Of a stretch of 64,000 bases of DNA, positions 45,348-54,640 are shown one piece after another. The notes below the pieces were generated by a model that worked only from the letters and a program-made list of their open reading frames with translations, ran no database searches and was not told the DNA's origin. Both the position numbers and the translations under genes were made by a program. The stretch is from Myxococcales bacterium (lineage in GTDB: Bacteria > Myxococcota_A > UBA9042 > JABWCM01 > BTVJ01): the NCBI GenBank assembly GCA_045863395.1, contig BTVJ01000028.1, positions 27,190 through 91,189 on the forward strand, read 5' to 3'. Within the stretch, counting starts at the first letter, position 1, and the number at the start of each line of letters is the position of its first letter.

Positions 45348-47486
45348 ATGCTGATGCCTGCGTTCGTGATGCTGGGAATCGGGATGCTCTCCGCCGGGGT
45401 GCTCGCCTGGGCGGCCCGCGTGTTTCGCGTGGACGTGGACCCGCGCATCGGCGCCCTGGAGGACGCGCTGCCCGGCGCCAACTGCGGCGGCTGCGGCTAC
45501 ACGGGCTGCTCTGCCTGCGCCGAGGCGATCGTCAAGGGGGCCGCGCCGTTCGAGGCCTGCATCGTCGGTGGCTCGGAGACCGCCGCCAAGGTCGCCGCCG
45601 TCATGGGCGGCCAGGCGGGGTTCGCGGAGCCCAAGCTGGCGCTCCACGCATGCACCGGTGGTGACCGGGCCGAGCGCAAGTTCCACTACGAGGGGGCCCT
45701 CGACTGCCGCGCCATGGCCGAGCAGTTCGGCGGGGATCTCACCTGCCGCTACGGCTGCCTCGGCGGCGGCACCTGCGTCGCGGTCTGCCCCTTCGACGCG
45801 CTCCACATGGGCGACGACGGCCTGCCCGTGGTCAACCCCGGCAAGTGCACCGGCTGCGGAAACTGCGAGAAGGTGTGCCCCACCAAGGTGATCACCATCC
45901 AGACCATGACGGACCGGCTGCTCCACCACAACCACGAGGAGGAGTGTCTGTCTCCGTGCAAGCAGCTCTGCCCGGCGCAGATAGACATCTCCGGGTACAT
46001 CGATCACGCATCCAAGGGGCGGTATCGCGAGGCCATCGACCTGATCAAGGAGCGGAACCCCCTGCCGCTGATCTGCGGGCGCGTCTGCCCCGCGCCCTGC
46101 GAGGCGGGCTGCCGGAGGGCCGCGGTCGACGACGCCCCCGTCCACCACAACTACATCAAGCGCTTCGTCGCCGACTGGGACATGAACAACCCCAACCGGG
46201 TGAAGGACCCGGTGCTGCCCGACACGGGCAAGAACGTTGGCATCGTCGGCGGGGGCCCTTGCGGACTCTCCGCGGCCTACTATCTGCGGCGTCTGGGCCA
46301 TGCGGTGACCATCTACGACGCCAAGCCGGCGCTCGGCGGCATGCTCATGTATGGGATCCCGGAGTATCGCCTGCCGAAGAAGGTGCTCCAGTTCGAGATT
46401 CAGGAGATCCTGGACCTCGGCGTCGAGGCGAAGACGAATGTGGCGCTGGGGCGCGACCTCCACGTCGCGGAGCTGGAGAGCCGGCACGACGCGATCCTCA
46501 TGGCCATGGGCGCCTGGGACAACTCCTCCATGGGCGTCGATGGCGAGAGCCTCGACGGGGTCTGGAAGGGGACCGAGTTCCTGCAGAAGCGCGAGCTCGG
46601 AATCTCCGTGGATCTGGCTGGCAAGCGCGTCGCGGTGGTCGGCGGCGGAAACACCGCCATGGACGCCGCCCGCTCGGCGCTCCGCATGGGCGCCGCCGAG
46701 GTGCACCTGCTGTATCGCCGCACCCGCAAGGAGATGCCCGCCAACGCCGTCGAGATCGAGGCGGCGGAGCACGAGGGCGTGAGATACCAGTTCCTGGTGG
46801 CCCCGACCCGGCTGATCGGGGACGAGGGCGGGCGCCTGAAGCAGATCGAGTTCCTGCGCATGGAGCTGGGTGAGCCGGACTCTTCTGGGCGGCGGCGCCC
46901 GGTCCCCGTCGAGGGCTCCGAGACCACCATGGACCTGGACGTGGTCATCGCGGCCATCGGCCAGAAGCCGCTCCTCGACTGGTACACGGACGACCTGAAG
47001 GCACGCGGGCTCAAGATCACCAAGTGGAACACCATCGTCGCCAACGAGGAGACGCTGCAATCGGATGTGCCCGTGATCTTCACGGGCGGCGACCTGTTCA
47101 CGGGTCCCGCCTTGCTCATCGACGCCGTCGGTGCTGGCCGGCGGGCGGCACGGTCGATTCACCACTTCCTGCGCGGCGAGTCTCTGGCCCACCGGCCGGG
47201 CACCTTCAAGGGCCCGAAGAAGCTCCCGGAGTCTGCCCTCGTTCCGGTTGGGGGGGTGGTCGTCCTGCCCAAGATTCCACAGCCCGAGCTGCCGGTGGCC
47301 GAGCGGATCAAGACCTTCGAGGAGGTCGACCTGGTCCTGACGCCCGAGCTGATGGCGAAGGAGGCGGACCGCTGCATGCGCTGCGGGACGCTGTGCTACT
47401 TCACGGACGCCCAGCGCAAGCTGCACGTCGAGGGCAAGCCGCTGAAGGACCGGGTGGACGACCTCCTCCGGGTCTCCCCGATGTGA
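45348..47486 (+). CDS. rnfB: RnfB fused to a GltD/NfnL-like FAD/NAD(P) oxidoreductase
   Basis: LPGANCGGCG, ferredoxin motifs, then PCKQLCP, CGRVCPAPCE, GGGPCG, GIPEYRLP, GGGNTAMD, YRR, GGD. Confidence 0.92.
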   Translation: MLMPAFVMLGIGMLSAGVLAWAARVFRVDVDPRIGALEDALPGANCGGCGYTGCSACAEAIVKGAAPFEACIVGGSETAAKVAAVMGGQAGFAEPKLALHACTGGDRAERKFHYEGALDCRAMAEQFGGDLTCRYGCLGGGTCVAVCPFDALHMGDDGLPVVNPGKCTGCGNCEKVCPTKVITIQTMTDRLLHHNHEEECLSPCKQLCPAQIDISGYIDHASKGRYREAIDLIKERNPLPLICGRVCPAPCEAGCRRAAVDDAPVHHNYIKRFVADWDMNNPNRVKDPVLPDTGKNVGIVGGGPCGLSAAYYLRRLGHAVTIYDAKPALGGMLMYGIPEYRLPKKVLQFEIQEILDLGVEAKTNVALGRDLHVAELESRHDAILMAMGAWDNSSMGVDGESLDGVWKGTEFLQKRELGISVDLAGKRVAVVGGGNTAMDAARSALRMGAAEVHLLYRRTRKEMPANAVEIEAAEHEGVRYQFLVAPTRLIGDEGGRLKQIEFLRMELGEPDSSGRRRPVPVEGSETTMDLDVVIAAIGQKPLLDWYTDDLKARGLKITKWNTIVANEETLQSDVPVIFTGGDLFTGPALLIDAVGAGRRAARSIHHFLRGESLAHRPGTFKGPKKLPESALVPVGGVVVLPKIPQPELPVAERIKTFEEVDLVLTPELMAKEADRCMRCGTLCYFTDAQRKLHVEGKPLKDRVDDLLRVSPM

Positions 47487-47496
47487 GGGTGACCGA

Positions 47497-47985
47497 ATGC
47501 GGACCGGACACGTCGTCGAGGTGCGAGGAGACATGGCGCGGGTCTCCACCAGCAAGCAGGGCCCCTGCGAGGGGTGCAACGAGAAGGGCTCGTGCCAGCC
47601 GAGCTTCGGCTCGGCCGCCGCGCTGCTGGAGACCGTCGAGTGCCGCAATCTGGCCGGCGCGCGCCGGGGAGACACGGTCGAGATTGAGCTTCTGGGGCAC
47701 GCGGAGCTGCGGGTGAGCCTGCTGGTGTGGATCGTGCCCATCGTGGGGCTGATCGCGGGCGCGGCGGTCGGCGCCGGCGTGGCCGAGGCCGCCGGCGTAG
47801 GGCCCGACGTGGCCTCGCTGACCGGGGCTCTGCTCGGAGTCTCAGGGGCCTACGGGGCGCTGATGCGCTTGGACCGACGAGCTGCTACGGACGCGCGCCT
47901 CGTGCCCGCGGTCAAGCGGGTGCTGGAACGCGCGCACCCTCGGCACCCGGTGCGCCTGGTCCGCTGTGAAGACGGGAGAGCGTGA
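47497..47985 (+). CDS. rseC: RseC/MucC family protein
   Basis: G.VVE, CEGC....C, GARRGDTV, two TM helices. Confidence 0.85.
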   Translation: MRTGHVVEVRGDMARVSTSKQGPCEGCNEKGSCQPSFGSAAALLETVECRNLAGARRGDTVEIELLGHAELRVSLLVWIVPIVGLIAGAAVGAGVAEAAGVGPDVASLTGALLGVSGAYGALMRLDRRAATDARLVPAVKRVLERAHPRHPVRLVRCEDGRA

Positions 47986-49526
47986 TGGCGCTGCGAAGTC
48001 GTCGAGTCAAGGTCGGGTTGCTCCTCGCGGGCGTGCTGGGGCTGGTCGCCGCGGGCGCCCTCGGCGAGCTCATGAAGCCCAAGGCCGAGCCGGACACGGT
48101 CGTCGCGAGCCGCTTCGGCGACGTCAAATGGAACCACGAGCTGCACGCTCGCATGAAAGAGATTGGCACCTGCACCGTGTGCCACCACACGGAGCGGCCC
48201 GGTGAGACCAAGCCCCGGGCCTGCCACGACTGCCACAAGCGTCAGACCAACCCCGCGGTGCTGCTGGCGGACCTCCACATGAAGGTGGAGACCCCGAAAT
48301 ACAGTGGAGAGAACGGCCCGCCGCCCATGACGGCCTTCCACGGCAAGTGCGTCGGCTGCCACAAGGCGATGAAGCAGGGCCCCGTCGGGTGCAAGGACTG
48401 CCACGCCCAGACCTTCAAGGGCCAGCACGGCGTCGTGAGCTGGGACCACCAGGCCCACGCGCGGCGCATCGACATGGGCCCCGAGTTTCAGGGGAAGAAG
48501 GCCTGCGCGCGGTGCCACCACCAGGACAAGGAGGCGACCTGGGACGGAGAGTACCGCGCGTGCAGCGCCTGCCACAAGCCGGCAGAGCAGGCTGCGCTGA
48601 AGGTGGCGACGGGAATCAAGTCCCACGAGAAGCTCCTGCACGGAGACTGCAAGCGCTGCCACGTCGTCAAGAACCCGGAGACCGACGGCCGAGGCTGCAA
48701 GGACTGCCACAAGGGCTGGGTGGTGGACACGCAGGGTGGCGCAAGACCACCGGTGGAGCAGGCGGTGCACGCCCGCTGCATGGACTGTCACCGCAAGGAC
48801 TGGCCGGGCCTCGTCCCCGGGATGCCCGTCGGCTGCAACGAGTGTCACCGTCCAGACCAGTCGGTGGTGGCCGATCTCGAGGTCGGCCTCCTGCTGTGGG
48901 ACCACGACCGGCACGCGCGGGATCCGGGAGTCACCTGCTCGACCTGCCACCACACGGACAAGCCGGACCAGCCGCACATGGCGTGCAACAAGTGCCACGG
49001 GACGGGTCTCTACGACAACCCGAGCGTGGGCGAAGCGCTGCGCAAGCGGTGCCTGGAGTGTCACAAGGAGAAGGGCAACGGCCTGCTCGAGTGGGACCAG
49101 GTGGTGGCAAAGGGAGACGACCCCAAGGATCCAAAGAGCCTGACGTGGCACACCTACGAGGGCCCCGACGGGAAGCTCACGTGGAACCACCAGGAGCACG
49201 CCACGTCCTGGTCCTTCTCGTGCAGGAACTGCCACCACGGGATCCTGAAGGACGGAGACTCCTACGCGTCGGCCACCAAGGCGGGCGTGACGTGGACTGG
49301 CGAGGCGGCGAGGATCCAGAAGTGCACCGCGTGCCATGGAGAGACGGGCCCCGTCGCGGGCAGCGTCGCGGAGGGGACGAAGGCTCCCCCGCATGACGCG
49401 GCCTTCAAGAAGGTGTGTATGGAGTGCCACGTGCGCCTCGGGGGCGGCCCCCAGACCTGGGAGGCGTTCTTCGCGGTGGAGCCCCTCAAGCGAGGCTCGG
49501 AGGCGGGCGCAGGAGAGTCGAGATGA
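47985..49526 (+). CDS. Hexadecaheme class III (c3-type) cytochrome c, HmcA-like
   Basis: Signal peptide; 16 CxxCH motifs; repeated W(N/D)HxxH...CxxCHH c3 modules. Confidence 0.92.
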   Translation: MALRSRRVKVGLLLAGVLGLVAAGALGELMKPKAEPDTVVASRFGDVKWNHELHARMKEIGTCTVCHHTERPGETKPRACHDCHKRQTNPAVLLADLHMKVETPKYSGENGPPPMTAFHGKCVGCHKAMKQGPVGCKDCHAQTFKGQHGVVSWDHQAHARRIDMGPEFQGKKACARCHHQDKEATWDGEYRACSACHKPAEQAALKVATGIKSHEKLLHGDCKRCHVVKNPETDGRGCKDCHKGWVVDTQGGARPPVEQAVHARCMDCHRKDWPGLVPGMPVGCNECHRPDQSVVADLEVGLLLWDHDRHARDPGVTCSTCHHTDKPDQPHMACNKCHGTGLYDNPSVGEALRKRCLECHKEKGNGLLEWDQVVAKGDDPKDPKSLTWHTYEGPDGKLTWNHQEHATSWSFSCRNCHHGILKDGDSYASATKAGVTWTGEAARIQKCTACHGETGPVAGSVAEGTKAPPHDAAFKKVCMECHVRLGGGPQTWEAFFAVEPLKRGSEAGAGESR

Positions 49527-50356
49527 GCATGGACCCGACCAAGGCGATCCTCACGGACGTGACCAAGTGCATCGGGTGCGAGCGCTGCGTCGAGGCCTGC
49601 GTGCAGCAGAACAAGCTGCCTGACGAGATCCCCACCCACTACACGGCGGACGACGGCCTGTCCGCGCGGCGGTACACGTCCATCGTGCGGCTCAAAGTGA
49701 AGGAAGGGAAGTGGCGCAACGTGCGGCGTCAGTGCATGCACTGCGCGGAGCCCTCCTGCGCGTCGGCCTGCCTGGTCGGGGCCTTCACCAAGTCTCCCGA
49801 CGGCGCCGTCGTCTACGACGCGGACAAGTGCATCGGCTGCCGCTACTGCATGCTGGCGTGCCCGTTCATGATCCCGCGGTATGAGTACGACCAGACCCTG
49901 CCGCTCGTCCGCAAGTGCAAGATGGACGAGTCCTGCCGCGTCGAGGGGGGCATGCCCGCCTGCGTCTCGGCGTGCCCGACGGGGGCGACCATCTTCGGTC
50001 CCCGAGAGAAGCTGGTGGCAGAGGCGAAACGGCGCATCGCGGAGAAGCCGGACGTCTACATCGACCACGTCTACGGCGAGAAGGAGTTTGGCGGGACGTC
50101 GGTGATCTACGTGAGCGACGTGCCGCTGAACAAGACGCTGAAGGTCCCCACCGAGGAGGAGTTCCGCAAGCGCCGCGTGCGGGCCCTCGCGCAGAGCTCC
50201 ATCCCCAAGCTGCTCCACGGGTGGGTGTTGGTGACGCCGGTCCAGTTCGCGACGGTCGCCGCCGGCCTGACGGGGGCGTGGTTCCTGCGGCGGCGCTCCC
50301 GCCTGATGGCAGAGAAGGCGGCGGCAGACAAGGCCCCCACGCGTGACGAGGAGTGA
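49523..50356 (+). CDS. 4Fe-4S electron-transfer subunit (HmcB/HybA/FdnH family)
   Basis: CIGCERCVEAC, CMHCAEPSCASAC, CIGCRYCMLACP, PACVSACP, YGEKEFGGT, C-terminal TM helix. Confidence 0.92.
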   Translation: MSMDPTKAILTDVTKCIGCERCVEACVQQNKLPDEIPTHYTADDGLSARRYTSIVRLKVKEGKWRNVRRQCMHCAEPSCASACLVGAFTKSPDGAVVYDADKCIGCRYCMLACPFMIPRYEYDQTLPLVRKCKMDESCRVEGGMPACVSACPTGATIFGPREKLVAEAKRRIAEKPDVYIDHVYGEKEFGGTSVIYVSDVPLNKTLKVPTEEEFRKRRVRALAQSSIPKLLHGWVLVTPVQFATVAAGLTGAWFLRRRSRLMAEKAAADKAPTRDEE

Positions 50357-50357
50357 G

Positions 50358-52253
50358 ATGACCGGCAACTCCAAGGGGCTCAAGCGATTCAAGGACGTCC
50401 TGTGGGCGCTGGCCTTCGCCGGCCTGGCCGCGGGCATCGGCCGCTTCGTCTTCGGACTCGGCGCGTCCACCAACATGATGGACGCCCTGCCGTGGGGCTG
50501 GTGGAAGGTCTTCAACATGGTCGCCGGCGCAGCGCTCGCGACCAGCGGCTTCGTCGTCGCGGCGATCATCTACATCCTTCAGCTCGACAAGTACCGCGCC
50601 GTGGCGCGCCTGAGCGTCGTCGTGGGCTTCCTGGGCTACGGGTCGAGCCTCGTGGCGCTGCTCTTCGACATCGGGCTCCCGCACCGTGGCTGGCACCCCT
50701 TCTTCATGTGGAACCCCCACTCGTTCCTCTTCGAGGTCTTCTGGTGCGTGTCCATCTACTGGGGCGTCACGGCGGTGGAGCTGTTGCCCATCGTGACGGA
50801 GCGCTTCGGCCGCTTCCGCACGTTCGCCCACACGCTCCACGAGAAGATGCTGCCGTTCGTCGTGCTGGGCATCACGCTGTCGACCATGCACCACAGCTCG
50901 CTGGGGTCGCTGTTCATGGCGTCGCCGACGCGCCTCCACCCGCTGTGGCACAGCATGTGGATCCCGCCGCAGTTCTTCGTGAGCGCCATGGGCGCGGGCA
51001 TGGCCGCCATCGTGCTCCTGATGATCTTCATCTCGCAGGTGTACGGGCGGGAGCTGGACCGGAAGGCCGTCGAGGGGCTGTCCAAGGGCGCGGCCGTCAT
51101 GCTCGGGATCTTCCTGCTGCTGCGCGTCGCCGACCTGACCGTCAACGAGAAGTGGTCGTTCGTCTTCGGCGCCGACGTGACCTGGGAGAGCCGGGTCTTC
51201 TGGGTGGAGCTCGCGCTCCAGGCCGTCCTGCCCGTGGCCCTGCTGTCATCGAGGTGGGTGCGCCAGAACCTCATCGCGCTCGGGGTCACCTGCACGATGG
51301 CGCTGCTGGGGCTGATCATGCACCGGCTGGACACGGGCATCGTGGGCTACTTCTCGACGTCCGAGGCCATCTACATCCCCAACGTGAGCGAGCTGGTGCT
51401 GAGCTTCGGCGTGCTCGCCGCGGCGGCCCTGTTCTTCTTCCTGCTGGTCGAGCGGTTCCACGTCCTCGAGGTGGGCCACGACCACCCGCCACTGTGGACC
51501 CCGGAGGAGACCCGCGCCGTGTTCCGCGGTGAAGGGGCCCGTCGGGCGCTGCGCATCGTGCTCATCGCCATCCCCGTGACGGTGGTCGCGCTGCGCTCCC
51601 AGGCCACGGGCCCCTTCGAGCCCATCGTCGCGCCGGTGGAGGCCGCCGTCGTGGCGACGGACCCGATGCGCACGGTGCTGAGACTCGACGCCAACTCCAA
51701 CGGCATGTGGGTGGACTTCCCGCACAAGCTCCACCAGACGGAGCTGCAGAAGCTCTACGGGCTCGCCGAGAAGGAGACCTGCGTCAAGTGCCACCACCTC
51801 AACATCCCGAAGGACAACAACACGGTCTGCCGCCGCTGCCACGCGGACATGGAGGTCCCGACCCCCATGTTCCGCATGGAGAACCACAAGGATCGCTTCA
51901 AGACCGACGCCGACCGGGAGGCTTTCCTGGCAGTGAACCTCGGTGACAAGCGCGCGGCCTTCAAGGCGTGCGCCGGCTGCCACAAGGACAACATGGCCGG
52001 GCTGCTGACCTACGAGCCCAAGGGCTTCGACCACCAGGCGCCCGGGTACAAGGACGCGATGCACGGAGCCTGTCTGACCTGCCACCGCCTCCGTGAGCGC
52101 GAGAAGAACATCAAGCCGTCGGACCCCAAGAGCCCCGGCAACTGCCTCTTCTGCCACCGGGACTGGGCCGACGAGGGCCTGTTCACGGAGAAGGAGGCCA
52201 TCCGCCCGGCGACGGACGGAGCGCCGCCACCTCCAGCGAGCGGAACGCCGTAG
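50358..52253 (+). CDS. NrfD/HmcC/HybB membrane subunit fused to a pentaheme c3-type domain
   Basis: PWGWW, DIGLPHR, SFLFEV, LSTMHHSSLG, HPLW; C-terminal CVKCH, CRRCH, CAGCH, CLTCH, CLFCH. Confidence 0.9.
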   Translation: MTGNSKGLKRFKDVLWALAFAGLAAGIGRFVFGLGASTNMMDALPWGWWKVFNMVAGAALATSGFVVAAIIYILQLDKYRAVARLSVVVGFLGYGSSLVALLFDIGLPHRGWHPFFMWNPHSFLFEVFWCVSIYWGVTAVELLPIVTERFGRFRTFAHTLHEKMLPFVVLGITLSTMHHSSLGSLFMASPTRLHPLWHSMWIPPQFFVSAMGAGMAAIVLLMIFISQVYGRELDRKAVEGLSKGAAVMLGIFLLLRVADLTVNEKWSFVFGADVTWESRVFWVELALQAVLPVALLSSRWVRQNLIALGVTCTMALLGLIMHRLDTGIVGYFSTSEAIYIPNVSELVLSFGVLAAAALFFFLLVERFHVLEVGHDHPPLWTPEETRAVFRGEGARRALRIVLIAIPVTVVALRSQATGPFEPIVAPVEAAVVATDPMRTVLRLDANSNGMWVDFPHKLHQTELQKLYGLAEKETCVKCHHLNIPKDNNTVCRRCHADMEVPTPMFRMENHKDRFKTDADREAFLAVNLGDKRAAFKACAGCHKDNMAGLLTYEPKGFDHQAPGYKDAMHGACLTCHRLREREKNIKPSDPKSPGNCLFCHRDWADEGLFTEKEAIRPATDGAPPPPASGTP

Positions 52254-52283
52254 CATGACGAGGGGTCACATGACGAGGGGTCA
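52254..52283 (+). repeat. 15-bp direct tandem repeat CATGACGAGGGGTCA x2
   Basis: Copies at 52254-52268 and 52269-52283, starting immediately after the stop codon. Confidence 0.9.
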
Positions 52284-52344
52284 AGTATACTCATATCTCA
52301 TATCCTGGCGCGCCAGGATATGAGATATGAGTACACTTGACCCC
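52277..52344. repeat. 68-bp near-perfect palindrome, REP-like
   Basis: GGGGTCAAGTATACTCATATCTCATATCCTGGCG | CGCCAGGATATGAGATATGAGTACACTTGACCCC, one mismatch, no spacer. Confidence 0.9.
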
Positions 52345-52420
52345 CCTTGTTCCGCCCCGACCGAGTTCGGTAGAGTCCGCCCCGCCGAGCGCTCCTGCTC
52401 CCCACGCCCCGGGTGATCCC

Positions 52421-54640
52421 ATGCGAAAGCTCCTGTCCCTCTGCGTCGTCCTCGCCGCGTGTGGCGGCTCCTCTGAACCGGCCGGGTCCGGCTCCGACGC
52501 CACCGCCGACGTCGGAGGCATCGGCGCCGCCGACCCCGACGTCTCGGCAGGTTCGGAGGACACCGCTGCGCCCGACACGGCAACCGCCCAGGAGGACGCC
52601 ACCGCAGAGGACACCGGTGGCCCCGTTGGTGCCGACGTCGCCGCCGAGGACGTGCCGCCGGTCATCGAGGTGCCGCCCTGGGGCGTCGCCCTCACCCCCG
52701 ACGAGCTGGACGCGCTCTACATCTTCGGCATCACCAGCGACCCGATGAGCGCCCTGTCGCTGCTCGGCACCGCGGTCACCGGCATCAGCGCGGTGCCCGC
52801 GGTCATCGACTTCGACGGCGCCACGGCGACGATCCGCGCCGCCAGCGACGCCGGCAAGCCGGTCCCCGGGCCCGCCGGCGTCATCGAGTCCTACCCGGCC
52901 TCGACCCTGGAGGACGGCCGCGTGCTCATCGACCTCCGCACGACCCTCGATCCCCTCGCGGTGCAGCTCTACGCCAACTGCACCTATGAGCGAAGCAAGT
53001 CCGCGCCGGCGGCGGACCCGGTCTACGCGGACAGCCTGATCACGTGGCCCATGCAGGAGACCTACATCTCCACGGGGAGCTGCAGCGAGGGCACCCTGCC
53101 CGTGGCCAAGGGCGTCAACGTCCACTTCCTGCGCCGCGCCGACGCCAACCCGACCTTCGAGCCCCGCGCCGCCACCAATGACGTCCCCTTCGGCTTCTTC
53201 ATGGCGGGCGACATCACGGGCAACAACGGCGGCACCCTCCTCGACCGCATGCCGCTGCCGGCGGACGCGAGCGGCAACGGGACCATCAAGTACCTCGTGT
53301 CCAAGGACCTGCCGGAGGCGCTGGTGCCGGCCATCGACGCGGCCTTCGAGAACTGGAACGACGCGCTGGAGGAGGCGGCGGGCGTGCGCCCCCTCTCCTG
53401 GGAGCGGGCGACGGAGACCCTGATCCCCTGGGACCCCCGCTACCGCACCATCACCTGGGACAAGACGCAGACGGCGGGCGCGGTGGCGCCGTTCGTCTCG
53501 GATCCGCGCACGGGCGAGATGTTCGCCACGGCAGTGATCCTGTGGATGGGCGACCTCCAGCTCCTGGTCGCGTCCTACCTGGACTTCCTGGAGAAGCACC
53601 CCGACGCCCCGTGGGTGGACTTCGCCCCGACGAGCCTGCTCTTCGGTGACGTGGCCGCCCCAACGGACCTGGGCGATGGCTCACGGCTCCCGCCCCGCGT
53701 CCTCCGGCGGCACATCGTGGAGCGCAAGCCCTTCGACCTGGGCGTCGTGCGCCAGATGTGGCTCTCGCTCGACAAGAGCATCACCCCCGAGGAGATGTCC
53801 CTCCAGGTGGTCGCGGAGTTCCTGAGCCACGAGCTGGGCCACAACTTCGGCCTGCGCCACAACTTCAAGGGGTCGGTAGACCGGGACGCCCACCCGCCCG
53901 AGGCGCCCTCCACGACAGTCATGGACTACGTGGTCGGCATGGGCCGGCCGGGCACCTACGATCTCGACGCCATGCGCTACGCCTATGGTGCGGGCCCCGA
54001 GAGCACCAAGTACCTGTACTGCACCGACGAGGACGTGTTCTCGGACCCGGGCTGCGCGCGCTGGGACTTCGGCCACCCGCTGGTCTACGCCCTCGAGCTC
54101 TACGACTCCATCGCGGAGGCCGTCCCCTTCGGCCAGGACCCGCAGAGCCTCCAGAGCCAGTCTCAGCAGCAGGGCTGGAACCAGATGTTCAACCAGCTCC
54201 GCGACTTCGTGAACAGCGCCTACGAGCAGTGGGACCCCGCGCTGGCGGTGGACACCTTCACGGAGGTCCAGGGCCGCATCGTCTGCGAGGGCGATTGTCA
54301 GGTGAACCCCTGGCTCCGCGCCCGCCTGGTCAACTACATGCTGCGCACGAAGAAGGGCGGCGGAGGTGGCGGTGGCTTTGGAGGCGGTGCGCCCTACCCC
54401 GCCCTGACGGAGACCCAGGCTGCGTCCCTCTACGAGACCCTCTACGCGCTGGTCGTCGACAACGCCCAGCCCCTGTACCTGCGCACGAGCATCGTCGACC
54501 GCCTCTCCAAGGCCCAGCTCGCGGGCGGCGACGACGTGCTCACTGCGCTGGCCGCCCACTTCGGAGCCCTCGTGGAGCCCACGGCGGACGAGGCGGCGGT
54601 CATCGACGCCATCGAGAAGACGGGCACCGCACTTCCGTAA
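52421..54640 (+). CDS. Zinc metalloprotease lipoprotein (metzincin, DUF4953/EcxA-like)
   Basis: Lipobox VLAAC; WNDA, DPRY, DPRTGE, HELGHNFGLRHN, Met-turn VMDY. Confidence 0.9.
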   Translation: MRKLLSLCVVLAACGGSSEPAGSGSDATADVGGIGAADPDVSAGSEDTAAPDTATAQEDATAEDTGGPVGADVAAEDVPPVIEVPPWGVALTPDELDALYIFGITSDPMSALSLLGTAVTGISAVPAVIDFDGATATIRAASDAGKPVPGPAGVIESYPASTLEDGRVLIDLRTTLDPLAVQLYANCTYERSKSAPAADPVYADSLITWPMQETYISTGSCSEGTLPVAKGVNVHFLRRADANPTFEPRAATNDVPFGFFMAGDITGNNGGTLLDRMPLPADASGNGTIKYLVSKDLPEALVPAIDAAFENWNDALEEAAGVRPLSWERATETLIPWDPRYRTITWDKTQTAGAVAPFVSDPRTGEMFATAVILWMGDLQLLVASYLDFLEKHPDAPWVDFAPTSLLFGDVAAPTDLGDGSRLPPRVLRRHIVERKPFDLGVVRQMWLSLDKSITPEEMSLQVVAEFLSHELGHNFGLRHNFKGSVDRDAHPPEAPSTTVMDYVVGMGRPGTYDLDAMRYAYGAGPESTKYLYCTDEDVFSDPGCARWDFGHPLVYALELYDSIAEAVPFGQDPQSLQSQSQQQGWNQMFNQLRDFVNSAYEQWDPALAVDTFTEVQGRIVCEGDCQVNPWLRARLVNYMLRTKKGGGGGGGFGGGAPYPALTETQAASLYETLYALVVDNAQPLYLRTSIVDRLSKAQLAGGDDVLTALAAHFGALVEPTADEAAVIDAIEKTGTALP

